From NCBI RefSeq assembly GCF_030546805.1, contig NZ_JAUOPC010000001.1, positions 114,081 to 146,080 of the forward strand: 32,000 nucleotides of DNA. The letters run 5' to 3'. Within the stretch, counting starts at the first letter, position 1. Each line of letters starts with the position of its first letter. This DNA comes from Cyclobacterium sp. 1_MG-2023 (GTDB lineage Bacteria; Bacteroidota; Bacteroidia; Cytophagales; Cyclobacteriaceae). Of the stretch, positions 13,659 through 23,142 are shown one piece after another. The position numbers and the translations under genes are program-made. The notes beneath the pieces are model-generated. The model was given only the letters and a program-made list of their open reading frames with translations. It did not search any database and was not told the origin of the DNA.

Positions 13659-15053
13659 ATGAAAAAGATAACCTTCCTTTTCCTGACCCTATTTATTGTT
13701 TTCAATACCCAAGGACAAAGCCCGGAAAACCAAGCCCCCATTATTTTTATATACGATGCCAGTGGTTCCATGTGGGGACAGATGCAAGGGAAAACCAAAA
13801 TGGAAATAGCTGCCAATGCCTTGAGCAGTACCATAGATAATCTTTCTGAGCAACAAAAAATTGGGTTTGTAGCCTATGGGCACCGAAAGGAAGGGGATTG
13901 TAAGGATGTGGAATTTATGGTGGATGCAGCCACCGGAACAAAAAAGGAGGTGATCACGGCCGTCAAAGGAATCAAACCCTTGGGCAAGACACCATTGGCC
14001 TATTCTGCAGTATTGGTCATTGATCAATTGAGAGCGGCCAAGCAGAAAGCCACCATTATCCTAATTACAGATGGGATAGAATCCTGCGATGGGAATATTT
14101 GTGAGATAGTTGAAGCGGCCAAGGATGAGGGCATAGATTTCAAGTTGCATATTATTGGCTTTGGCTTAAAGGAGGAAGATACCCAACAGTTGAGGTGTGC
14201 AGCAGGAGCAGGGGATGGGAGCTACTTTAGTGCTGAGAATGCTGAAAATTTTGGTGAAATCCTGAATGTGGCCACAGCTTCTACGGTAGACAAGCCTGCC
14301 AATAATTTCTCGGTATATGCACTAAAAAATGGCGAGCCATTGGATGTCTTTGTAAAGGCTTATGATATAGTTGCCAAAAGAGAGCCCATTATGCTCAGGA
14401 CCTATCAAGATACCGGGTATTTTTACCTTCCCCCCAGCAAATACAATTTGGAAGTGATGCCATTGGAGGGAAGCGATGTAAACATGATCACGGTTAACAA
14501 TGTGGAAAGCCATGAAAATACCATCGGACACCAAACCATTTCCTTTGATGGGGGAACTTTGAATGTGTTGACTACAAATAACGGGGAAGGTTGGGACAGC
14601 ATGGTGAAAATTATTGATAGCAATGGAAAAGTAGTGGCCACAACCAGAACCTATGGGCGAGAGAAGGAAATGGAAGTCAATCCCGGCGTATATAAAGTAG
14701 CCATTCAGGCATTGGTTATGGAGGGTTTGCATACGAATACAGCAATGGATAGCATCGCCATAGAGGCTGGGAAATCTTCCCCATTGGTATACGATTTTAA
14801 AACGGGCAATTTTGAAATTTTTACCCGGGTAGGAGCAGAGGACATTGATACGGTGGTTGCGGTTAAGGAGAAAAAATCCGGAAAAAGTGTAGGGGGAGCC
14901 CGGACCTATAATAAGGGAGCGAAATTTCTACTCAACCCGGGCAATTATATGGTAACCGTAAGGCCCCTGGGAGCACATAAAGAAAAAGCAGCACAAACCA
15001 TAGAAGTGGAAGTCAAAGCAGCGGAAACCATTAGCAAAACATTAAATTTCTAA
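13659..15053 (+). CDS. Secreted von Willebrand factor type A (VWA) domain protein
   Basis: A signal peptide is followed by the MIDAS-type IFIYDASGSMWG, then GKTPLAYS and ILITDGIESC. The long C-terminal part is beta-rich. Confidence 0.8.
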   Translation: MKKITFLFLTLFIVFNTQGQSPENQAPIIFIYDASGSMWGQMQGKTKMEIAANALSSTIDNLSEQQKIGFVAYGHRKEGDCKDVEFMVDAATGTKKEVITAVKGIKPLGKTPLAYSAVLVIDQLRAAKQKATIILITDGIESCDGNICEIVEAAKDEGIDFKLHIIGFGLKEEDTQQLRCAAGAGDGSYFSAENAENFGEILNVATASTVDKPANNFSVYALKNGEPLDVFVKAYDIVAKREPIMLRTYQDTGYFYLPPSKYNLEVMPLEGSDVNMITVNNVESHENTIGHQTISFDGGTLNVLTTNNGEGWDSMVKIIDSNGKVVATTRTYGREKEMEVNPGVYKVAIQALVMEGLHTNTAMDSIAIEAGKSSPLVYDFKTGNFEIFTRVGAEDIDTVVAVKEKKSGKSVGGARTYNKGAKFLLNPGNYMVTVRPLGAHKEKAAQTIEVEVKAAETISKTLNF

Positions 15054-15064
15054 GGGTGTCTTAA

Positions 15065-15112
15065 GATTTTGTCAGCATTGTTGCAGAAAAAAAGCAACAA
15101 TGCCGCCAAAAT
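15065..15112 (+). repeat. 48-nt hairpin element, copy 1 (directly after the VWA stop; possible terminator)
   Basis: GATTTTGTCAGCATTGTTGC-agaaaaaaa-GCAACAATGCCGCCAAAATC is a long imperfect palindrome. Related copies lie at 21957-22000 and 22370-22417. Confidence 0.85.
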
Positions 15113-15590
15113 CAAGTTGTATATGTTATTTCTCCTAGGGGTTTGCACCCCTAGCTACAAAAATATCACTCCTCCGGAGTTTTGGGTAAGGGTAAAATCG
15201 ACATGCTCAGAATTTAAATCAATAGAGAATCAGATAGAATTCTAATACATCGGTAATTTACAATGTTAGGGAGTTAATTTTTATCAGTGCTATTTTCTTT
15301 ATTCCGGCCTTATGGAAATTAGTAAAATGATTGCTCAATGGCGTTAAGAACAAAAAATCTGTCTGACGCCTTTTCGGCGGAGTTTTTTTTTGTTTAGCCA
15401 GTGAGTATTCATTTTGCGTTAAGATTTACATACAGCCTTGATCTTTTTGGTTCGTTTTTGTGTCATAGCCTGCCCTGAGTAGCGAAGCGGATCAGTGGAC
15501 AAAAATGAACAGGAAGAGATAAGGGTAACCAATGGCTTTAATATTAAAATCATATGAAAAGAGTATAATATCACTATAACTCGTGTTGTA

Positions 15591-18500
15591 TTAATTCCCT
15601 ACAATCACCTGACTTTGGGCACTATTGGCTTTTCCATCTTCTATCAAAACCTTTAATGAACCTGATACGGCTTTTTCTCGGTCAAAGGCAATATTCACCC
15701 ATTGTTTGCCCACACTGAGGTTTGTAGCTCCTGTACCCTTATTGAGAGGGATTTCTTTACCACTTACCCAAACCTTGGCCCGATCAATGCCCGTTAATTT
15801 CAAACTGAATTCACCCGCTTTAAGGATATTTACTTCAAATTGAACAAGGCTGAATTTTTTGCCTGTATTGTCTGTAATCACAGGAATATCTCCCAATGGC
15901 AGGCCTCCGGCCACCGTGCTGTACAAGGGCTTGCTGCTTGGGCCAATGTTTTTAGTGGGCAAGTTTTTCCAAGTATTCACCCCGTCTATTTTGCCCAATG
16001 CCTTAAAATCAGGGGCTGATTTCCAGCGCCTTACCAGTTTTTCATTGGTAACCCTAAAATCTCCATTGCTTCCCAGTTTGGAAAGGTAACTTACCAAATT
16101 GATAAATTCTTCTTTTTCCAGATTTGCCGTGATTCCTGCAGGCATCAAGGAACCGGGAACCTTTTCTACGTTTTTAATTTGTGATTTAGGAATGCCGTTT
16201 TCATTACCCGCCATGTCTCGAATGACAACTTCTCTTGCGCCATCATTGATTAAATAGCCCATCACTATTCCTCCATCATTTTTGGTAACCTTTTGTAATT
16301 CAAAACCTTCTTTGATTGATTCTGTAGGTTCGAGTATGGATTTGATAATATTGTCTATAGGTAAACTGGTGCCCAAAGAACTTAAATCCGGTCCCAGCTG
16401 ACCACCGGCACCGCCTATGCCATGGCAGTTTTGACACATCATTGAAGATCTCCTATAAATGGCTTCGCCTTTTACCGGATTTCCTGAGGTTTTTACTTCG
16501 ATTCCAAGGAGATAAATTTCTCGTTCGCTTAATTGCTGTGGCATTTTCTCAGGAGGTAAAACCCCACCAGAGGCTTCTAGAGCATCTTTAAGTTGTAGGG
16601 CTCCAGCCTTGGTTCTTCTATGCATAGGCAGTAATTCTTGCATGGTTTTTCTTCCTTTTTTGGCCGTTTCTGATGGGATGCGGGTATTGGACAAGGAATT
16701 GGCCAGAACTGCCGTGGCATTGTTGGAAGAAAGGAAAGCAGCAAATAGATCTCGCGTGCCGGTGTCCGTAGGCTTATTGGAAAGCAGAGTAGTGGCAGCC
16801 TCGGCAGCCTTCTCAGGGGCTGTTTTCACCAACTGAGAGATGGCCAATATCCGGATGCTTTCCTTTTTATGCGTATTGGCCATGTTGAGCAAAAGTTCTT
16901 GGCTATCGGCATCATCAAGCTTACCCATGGCTTCCATGGCCGCTTTTCTGACCTCTTCATTGCTGTCTTGGTTCTTTTGTAGGATAAGATCCATCAGATC
17001 TGCTTTTTTCCACAAGCCTACCAGTTGCAATACTTTTATTTCAACTGCTTCATTTTTACTTGTAAGCAAAGTTCTTAACTGCCCTGAAGTATGCTGTGGT
17101 GCCAGCCCTCTATCATTCGCTGCCCTGTGCAGTAGCTCTAGGTTTTTCAATTGGCTTTCTGTATCAGTTGAATTGATGGCAAGCAGGTATATTTTGCTTA
17201 AATCAGCTCTTGTGCCATATTTGGCCAATTTCTCCCGAACCATTTCCAGGTATTTATCCGGTACTTTATTGTCGCTATACAATTCAGCCAGCAAAGAAGT
17301 AGATTTTGGATCACTTACGGTATTGAGGGCAAAGATGGTTTTGTCCTTATTCCCAAAATAGTTCGGGTCCTCCAATAGTTTGGGTAGCCAAACCGGGCTT
17401 AAGGTATTTACCGTATGCCATAAGGCAAAGTCCAGATTAACATCCATGGGTTGATCCAAAGCTTCCAGTGCGGCAAGGGTCGCTTCTAAAGTGCTGAAAT
17501 TTTGAAGACCAACTACCGCTTCCAACCTTACCGTCGCATGGCTGTCTTGAATGGCTTTGGCCAGTAGGGATTGGGTTTCCGGGATCTGTTCTTTCCAATG
17601 CACCAGAACCCTAATGGCAGCTGCTTTGGCTTCCGGATTATTAGCTTTTAAAAGCTTCTCCAACAATGGTACATTTACCGCACCAATGGCCTGATGTAGC
17701 CAAAGTCCTTCTAATAAATGGTGCTCGTATTCGGGATTTGAAGGGTCAAGTGTCTCGATCCATTTACCTAATGCTTCCTTTACTTCTTGCTCGTCCTTGT
17801 TTTTTAGGATTAATTTTGCTTGTAACCTTTCCCAGTTTTCCACTGATTTTAATGCCTCCAAAAGCTCCGGAATAGACTTTCCTTCTAATTCTGGATACTT
17901 AACTAGGGGACTGTCTTTTTTAGTTACTCTCCAGATCCTGCCATGCTGCTGGTCTCTTCTCGAATCAAAAAAGTCAACCTCCCCATGTTGAATGATAGGA
18001 TTGTACCAATCGGCAATATATACTGCCCCATCAGGGCCCATTAGGATGTCTACAGGCCTGAAGCCAATATGATCTGTCCATAGCAAATCGTCTGCTTGCT
18101 TGGAGACAAAGCCACTTCCTTGCTCTTCCAAGACAAAACGGTTTACCCGGTTGGCCCTGAAATCATTGGTAATTAAACTTCCAGCCCAATTTTCCGGCAT
18201 ATGTGCCCCTGAAACGATATCCAAGCCACTGTGCTTGGGTTGACCGGGATTCAGGCCACTTAAAATACGTTCAGCCCCTGGTGCAGTAGCAAAAGTAGCA
18301 CCCGGAAAGGCATAGTTAATTCCCTCTCTACCTGCACCATCTGTTAAAAAGCTCTTACCCCATTTGTCAAATTGCAAACCCCAGGGGTTGATCAATCCTT
18401 TGGCAAATACTTCCAATTGCTGTGTTTTGGTATTGTATTGCCAAACACCCCCACCTTCAAGCCGGCGAATGCCATAGGGCGTTTCTACGTGACTGTAAAT

Positions 18501-19043
18501 GTAAATGGATTGATTGAAATACATCAGACCGTCAGGTCCCCAACGGAAAGTATGGATAAGGTGGTGGGTATCACCGGTACCAAAACCGGAAAGTATTTTG
18601 GTTCTTTCATCTGCTTTGCCATCTCCATCTGTATCCTTTAGGTGTAAGATTTCTGTAGAATTGGCTACATAGACCCCACCATCACCTGGCAAAAGGCCGG
18701 TGGGAGTGAAGAGGCCTTCAGCAAAAACAGTGGACTTATCTGCTTTTCCATCTTTATCGGTGTCTTCTATGACAAGTATTTTATCATTGGCTGTTTCACC
18801 GGGCCTGATGTGAGGATAAATGGTACTGCTCACTACCCATAATCTTCCTTGGGCATCCCAGTTCATTTGAATGGGCTTGACCACCATGGGGTCCGTCGCA
18901 AATAGATTGACTTCAAAGCCATCTGCCACTTGAAACCTGTCCATTTGATCCTGTGGATCTGAAGAGGGTATGTCACGGAGAGCATTTTGCCCATAGGCCG
19001 GAAGGTTTGCCAACAGTACGATCAACATTAAAATGACTTTCAT
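15591..19043 (-). CDS. PVC-type heme-binding CxxCH protein (N-terminal membrane-bound-dehydrogenase-like beta-propeller, HEAT-like repeats, cytochrome c domain)
   Basis: I take the start at the ATG at 19043, which gives the signal peptide MKVILMLIVLLANLPAYGQ. The N-terminus FQVADGFEVNLFATDPMVVKPIQMNWDAQGRLWV..DTDKDGKADK fits the dehydrogenase-like domain. CQNCH is encoded at 16422-16436. The middle part is long and helical. Confidence 0.8.
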   Translation of the reverse strand: MKVILMLIVLLANLPAYGQNALRDIPSSDPQDQMDRFQVADGFEVNLFATDPMVVKPIQMNWDAQGRLWVVSSTIYPHIRPGETANDKILVIEDTDKDGKADKSTVFAEGLFTPTGLLPGDGGVYVANSTEILHLKDTDGDGKADERTKILSGFGTGDTHHLIHTFRWGPDGLMYFNQSIYIYSHVETPYGIRRLEGGGVWQYNTKTQQLEVFAKGLINPWGLQFDKWGKSFLTDGAGREGINYAFPGATFATAPGAERILSGLNPGQPKHSGLDIVSGAHMPENWAGSLITNDFRANRVNRFVLEEQGSGFVSKQADDLLWTDHIGFRPVDILMGPDGAVYIADWYNPIIQHGEVDFFDSRRDQQHGRIWRVTKKDSPLVKYPELEGKSIPELLEALKSVENWERLQAKLILKNKDEQEVKEALGKWIETLDPSNPEYEHHLLEGLWLHQAIGAVNVPLLEKLLKANNPEAKAAAIRVLVHWKEQIPETQSLLAKAIQDSHATVRLEAVVGLQNFSTLEATLAALEALDQPMDVNLDFALWHTVNTLSPVWLPKLLEDPNYFGNKDKTIFALNTVSDPKSTSLLAELYSDNKVPDKYLEMVREKLAKYGTRADLSKIYLLAINSTDTESQLKNLELLHRAANDRGLAPQHTSGQLRTLLTSKNEAVEIKVLQLVGLWKKADLMDLILQKNQDSNEEVRKAAMEAMGKLDDADSQELLLNMANTHKKESIRILAISQLVKTAPEKAAEAATTLLSNKPTDTGTRDLFAAFLSSNNATAVLANSLSNTRIPSETAKKGRKTMQELLPMHRRTKAGALQLKDALEASGGVLPPEKMPQQLSEREIYLLGIEVKTSGNPVKGEAIYRRSSMMCQNCHGIGGAGGQLGPDLSSLGTSLPIDNIIKSILEPTESIKEGFELQKVTKNDGGIVMGYLINDGAREVVIRDMAGNENGIPKSQIKNVEKVPGSLMPAGITANLEKEEFINLVSYLSKLGSNGDFRVTNEKLVRRWKSAPDFKALGKIDGVNTWKNLPTKNIGPSSKPLYSTVAGGLPLGDIPVITDNTGKKFSLVQFEVNILKAGEFSLKLTGIDRAKVWVSGKEIPLNKGTGATNLSVGKQWVNIAFDREKAVSGSLKVLIEDGKANSAQSQVIVGN

Positions 19044-19174
19044 GCCTACAGCACTCGCTATATAAGGTGTACTCTGAGGCTTTTTAGTCGGGTGTTTTAT
19101 ATATATTTTTAAATCCAAAATCATGGTATGGTTTGTATCTTGATAAAATGGGTCAATTGAATAAAATCCTGTAG

Positions 19175-20350
19175 TTAGGGCAATCGCTCTAGTTGGTAAT
19201 GGAGGATTTTGGTCTTTTTGGTTTGATTGATCTTATCATCCAACCAAAGGATCAATGTATCCAAAGCTGCCAAACCCTCCTTATGTCTTCCTTGCTCATA
19301 AGAGCGGAAGCCCAGGATATAGGTTCTGTTTTGAGGCCGGTATTGCTGGAAATAGATTTTATCCTTTTCTCTTATCAATTTCAGCATTTGTTCTGATTGC
19401 TGTAAGCTAGGCCCTTGTGCCAAGGGAATACCTGCTTCCCAAGCCTTTCTGCTTCCGACGGCAATGAGTTTTCCGTCCACAGACAAGGAGTAATTTCCTT
19501 TTTTCAAGCCATTCACCTTAATTGTTTCATTACCTACATTAGGTTTAGAAGCCGGGTTTTGAGTACTATTAAAGGAAATTTTTCTGGCTTTATCGGCAAT
19601 GGAGAGCTTATTTACCGGTACATTACTTTCAACGCTTTTAGTAGCAGCATCAATTTCAATGGTAGGAGTTTCCCTACTAAGCCCCAATTGATTCATTATT
19701 GTTTCAGCAAGCTGAACATATCCTTTTTCATTAAGGTGAATCCCATTGTTCTCGTAAAATTCAGCAGCAGTAGTTGTTGTAAAAGCATCAAAAACATTAA
19801 CAAAAGCCAATTTTCGACTTTGAGCAATGGCATGAATTGACTGATTATAGTCGCTGTATGTCTTGTTTCTTAAGGCCAATAAATCCTCCGTTCCTGCAGA
19901 AACTTGTGGAATGGTAGAGAGTAATATTGCTTTTGCACCTATGGCTTCTACACTATCCAGCAATTGGTTCAAGCCATTTTTGAAAGCATCCACACCTTTT
20001 GACCCTTCTTGTGCTTCCACATTCCCATAGCCTATAATTACCCAATTTGGCTCTGTAGCTTTTATTTGAGAAATAAGCAAGTCGTAAGGACTTGGAGGAT
20101 TGGTATAGTAGCTTCTTGCATCTCCAAATACAGTATCCCCGGACCAGCCCAGATTTCTAAAAGTGAGGTGTTTCTCAGGCCAGTAACTAGTAAGTGCATA
20201 CTCAAGGAATCCGAATTCCTGCTCGTTTTCTATCAAGGCATTGCCTAATAGAGTTATTCTGTCCCCATTTTTTGGATCAAAAGATTGTTGAGAAAGTACA
20301 GTAGTATGAAATAAGATAAGTTGAAATAATAGGAGGTAATATTTTTTCAT
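19175..20350 (-). CDS. SGNH/GDSL-type hydrolase family protein with an extra C-terminal domain
   Basis: There is a signal peptide. Block-like motifs are ITLLGNALIE, NLGWSGDTV, IIGYGNVEA and NNGIHLNEKGY. It lies directly upstream of the heme protein on the same strand. Confidence 0.7.
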   Translation of the reverse strand: MKKYYLLLFQLILFHTTVLSQQSFDPKNGDRITLLGNALIENEQEFGFLEYALTSYWPEKHLTFRNLGWSGDTVFGDARSYYTNPPSPYDLLISQIKATEPNWVIIGYGNVEAQEGSKGVDAFKNGLNQLLDSVEAIGAKAILLSTIPQVSAGTEDLLALRNKTYSDYNQSIHAIAQSRKLAFVNVFDAFTTTTAAEFYENNGIHLNEKGYVQLAETIMNQLGLSRETPTIEIDAATKSVESNVPVNKLSIADKARKISFNSTQNPASKPNVGNETIKVNGLKKGNYSLSVDGKLIAVGSRKAWEAGIPLAQGPSLQQSEQMLKLIREKDKIYFQQYRPQNRTYILGFRSYEQGRHKEGLAALDTLILWLDDKINQTKKTKILHYQLERLP

Positions 20351-20623
20351 GGGATTAATTAGGCAAGTGGTATTTATTGTTAAAACAACCCATAAATATA
20401 AAAAGGAACTAAGAATATCAGGTACATTATTGGGTTAATTATATTATTGGTTGGTTTATTAGACCAGTGGCTGGTACAAAATATTGCCTAATGATTTTTT
20501 TTCTTGTGTAAATATTATGGAGGGGCTTAGGTGACCATATAATAACGCAACACAATCAGTTCCTCGGATTAAATTTGTAATTACATTTTTAATTAATTAG
20601 TTTTAATATAAAATCAATTTAAT

Positions 20624-21790
20624 ATGTTATACAAATACTTGAAATTCACGGTTCTACTATCCATTTCTTTGGCTTCTTGTAACAATGTAGAGAATCAAAG
20701 CAAAGTCCTTAAAGAAATGGAGTTTGTCAAGGTTGATTCATTGGTATTTGACGAATTACAAATATTAAATGTGCTGGACTATCATCCGGAGCAGGATATT
20801 TATCTTATGGTTACCAAAGGTGTGGAAGGCAGGTATTTTATTTTCAACAGTGATGGGGAGATGCTTGCTGAAGAACTCTTAAGTGAAGGGCCCAATGCTT
20901 TTGGGATGGTTTTGCACCGCGCTGGCTTTGTGGGGAATGAAATAATGTTTGTAAGCGATCAAGAAATTTTTATGTATGATTTAGCATTGCAGCAACTGAG
21001 AAAACTTCCCTTTGAACAAGATACAAGGGTAAGGATGATCCACACGCCATTGGATAATCTAAATGAAGTTAACATCGACGATGTCTCTTACGGAATTGCC
21101 AATTTGAGTGACAAAAATTTGGAAGAATATCCCATGGATTATTTTGATACTTTAAACTATTTTCATTTAGTAAACCCCGCGGATGGATCCGTAATCAAAG
21201 GAGGGAAAATAGATGATAGCAGTATTTTCAAACAGAGTTATTTTTACCCATGGAAGTATAAGCCAATTTATTTTTCAGATATAAAATCCAAAGTAATCTC
21301 TTTAATTTTACCGGCAGATACGATTTTATTTCAATATGATAAAAAGCTGGAGCTAGTCAATAAAATCAAACTGGAACGTGAGGAACCGGATCAACTTGCA
21401 AAGGTACCTATGGAAATGGCCAATCGAAATGAGATTGGAGCCATTGTTGATGAATTTGCCTTAGGAGGCGGTTTTTCACATATGGTAGGGCAAGGGGATG
21501 CATTTATCGTTGAATATACCGCCGGGTTAGCCCCGGAAGACAACATTCAAACAGATGATTACAGAGAGAGAATGGCTATAATGAATACAAGAAAAATCTA
21601 TTATTACCCCATAGAAGATGGCGTTCAGATTGGCCTCCCTGTTCTCTGGGATAAGCCGGGAAAGCTAAAACTGGGCTTAGGAAACAACCGCTATTTACAT
21701 TATGCTGATCAAGCCGACATTCATGAAGAGGAAAAAGAATACCAGTGTTATTATATTTATGAATTAAGGCCTATTGAAGAGGAGAATTGA
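20624..21790 (+). CDS. Hypothetical lipoprotein (388 aa)
   Basis: The signal has a lipobox, LSISLASC|NN. I cannot name a family confidently; it may be a beta-propeller-type Bacteroidota lipoprotein. Confidence 0.6.
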   Translation: MLYKYLKFTVLLSISLASCNNVENQSKVLKEMEFVKVDSLVFDELQILNVLDYHPEQDIYLMVTKGVEGRYFIFNSDGEMLAEELLSEGPNAFGMVLHRAGFVGNEIMFVSDQEIFMYDLALQQLRKLPFEQDTRVRMIHTPLDNLNEVNIDDVSYGIANLSDKNLEEYPMDYFDTLNYFHLVNPADGSVIKGGKIDDSSIFKQSYFYPWKYKPIYFSDIKSKVISLILPADTILFQYDKKLELVNKIKLEREEPDQLAKVPMEMANRNEIGAIVDEFALGGGFSHMVGQGDAFIVEYTAGLAPEDNIQTDDYRERMAIMNTRKIYYYPIEDGVQIGLPVLWDKPGKLKLGLGNNRYLHYADQADIHEEEKEYQCYYIYELRPIEEEN

Positions 21791-21872
21791 TGATGTGGTG
21801 ATGTGGTGATCTGTGATGGGGTGATCTGGTGATTTGGTGATGTAGTGATCTGTGATTTGGTGATTTAGGATG
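21788..21872 (+). repeat. Degenerate tandem octamer array (NNGGTGAT, about 10 units)
   Basis: Reading from the stop codon, the units are GTGGTGAT GTGGTGAT CTGTGAT GGGGTGAT CTGGTGAT TTGGTGAT GTAGTGAT CTGTGAT TTGGTGAT TTAGGATG. Confidence 0.9.
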
Positions 21873-21956
21873 GATAGGCTTTAATCAATTTGTGTTTGCG
21901 GTATTAAATAGTCAAGTGTTTAAGCCTTTGAAAGCAAATGATATTCATTGCTTGGG

Positions 21957-22000
21957 TTTGGCGGTATTATTGCTATTTCTGCAACAATGCTGACAAAAGC
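21957..22000 (-). repeat. 48-nt hairpin element, copy 2 (inverted relative to copy 1)
   Basis: TTTGGCGGTATTATTGCTATTTCTGCAACAATGCTGACAAAAGC is a near match to the reverse complement of 15065-15112. Confidence 0.8.
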
Positions 22001-22369
22001 TACATAAGGAAAATATTTCATTTATGTTTCCATCATTTAATTATTGGGTCTGATGGGGTTAAAAATAAGTGTATCTCCTCATTGGAGCTAACTCATTTTT
22101 TTAGCGTTCACCATCCATTTCCGAAAACCATAAGCTTTGAAGGCCAAAAACACCTAATATATCACACTGTCCTAGAAAGTTTTCTTTATCGGTACAATTC
22201 AATTTATCCAAGATTGTTAATTGTTAGGTTCGCTTAGAAACTGAATTACTTGCTTACTTTTTCTCATCAATAGAAATTATCATCCCTTACGAAAACGAGT
22301 AACCCCATAGGGGTGGCACTTTTGTAGGCAAAGGTGACAACCCTTGGATGATGCATGAGGAAAGTATCT

Positions 22370-22417
22370 GATTTTGGCGGTATTGTTGCTTATTTTCGCA
22401 ACAATGCTGACAAAATC
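22370..22417 (-). repeat. 48-nt hairpin element, copy 3 (inverted relative to copy 1)
   Basis: The sequence is GATTTTGGCGGTATTGTTGCTTATTTTCGCAACAATGCTGACAAAATC. It lies next to a CCCTTACGAAAAC...TTTTGTAG block (22284-27) related to 15155-15192. Confidence 0.85.
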
Positions 22418-22573
22418 CCAACGTCTTCCTTGTTTTCTTGGCTTTGATTCAACCAAAACAGTGGAAATATAAAAATCCAATTACGATATTCCGGATTATT
22501 TATAAAAATCATATATATATTTGTCTCTGGAAAATACTTCCACTTTATTGATTTATTCTAATTCTATTACTTG

Positions 22574-23140
22574 ATGAGTGCATCCCTAAGTGCCCGACCG
22601 GCCAGTTTTTCACGCGTTACCATTACAGAACTTATGATTCCCTCATATGCTAATTTTGGGGGGAAAATTCATGGCGGCATTTTACTTTCCATGATGGATA
22701 AGGTGGCTTACACTGCTGCCACCAAACACAGTGGGGCTTATTGTGTAACTGTCTCCGTGGATACGGTCGATTTCTTACAACCCGTGGAAGTTGGAGAATT
22801 GGTTTCCTTAAAAGCCTCAGTCAATCATGTGGGCAATAGCTCCATGATTATCGGGATTAAGGTGATTTCAGAAAATGTGAAAACCGGTGTTGTGAAGCAT
22901 ACCAATACCTGTTACTTTACCATGGTAGCCAAAGGGGAGGACGACAAGCCAACACCTGTTCCACCATTATTATTGGAAACGCGAACAGATGTCAGGCGCT
23001 TTGTAGAGGCCATTAAAAGGAAAAAGTATAAAAGTGAATATGGGGCAATCCTTAAGGAATTAAAACGTACCTGGGACAAAGAAGCCATTTCCACCATGCT
23101 AGTAGGGCAACGCTGCGAAATTTCCTTAGATATTAAATAA
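22574..23140 (+). CDS. Acyl-CoA thioesterase (hotdog fold, YciA/BFIT-like)
   Basis: ELMIPSYANFGGKIHGGILLSMMDKVAYTAA...VTVSVDTVDFLQPVEVGELVSLKASVNHVGNSSM is a typical acyl-CoA thioester hydrolase core. Confidence 0.85.
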   Translation: MSASLSARPASFSRVTITELMIPSYANFGGKIHGGILLSMMDKVAYTAATKHSGAYCVTVSVDTVDFLQPVEVGELVSLKASVNHVGNSSMIIGIKVISENVKTGVVKHTNTCYFTMVAKGEDDKPTPVPPLLLETRTDVRRFVEAIKRKKYKSEYGAILKELKRTWDKEAISTMLVGQRCEISLDIK

Positions 23141-23142
23141 TC

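Noticed and set aside
15625-20248. Many + strand ORFs of 60-173 aa (e.g. 16840-17361, 19415-19840) lie antisense to the heme-protein and SGNH genes. There are similar antisense ORFs inside eda (26583-26993), kdgK, the VWA gene and others.
   Set aside because: They are shadow ORFs fully contained in well-supported genes on the opposite strand. Their sequences are Ser/Leu/Phe-rich and low in complexity.
21938-22480. ORF-track entries 21938-22237 (99 aa, +) and 22280-22480 (66 aa, -).
   Set aside because: They are built from the hairpin elements and REP-like blocks of a repeat-rich intergenic region and contain no recognisable domain. They are probably non-coding.
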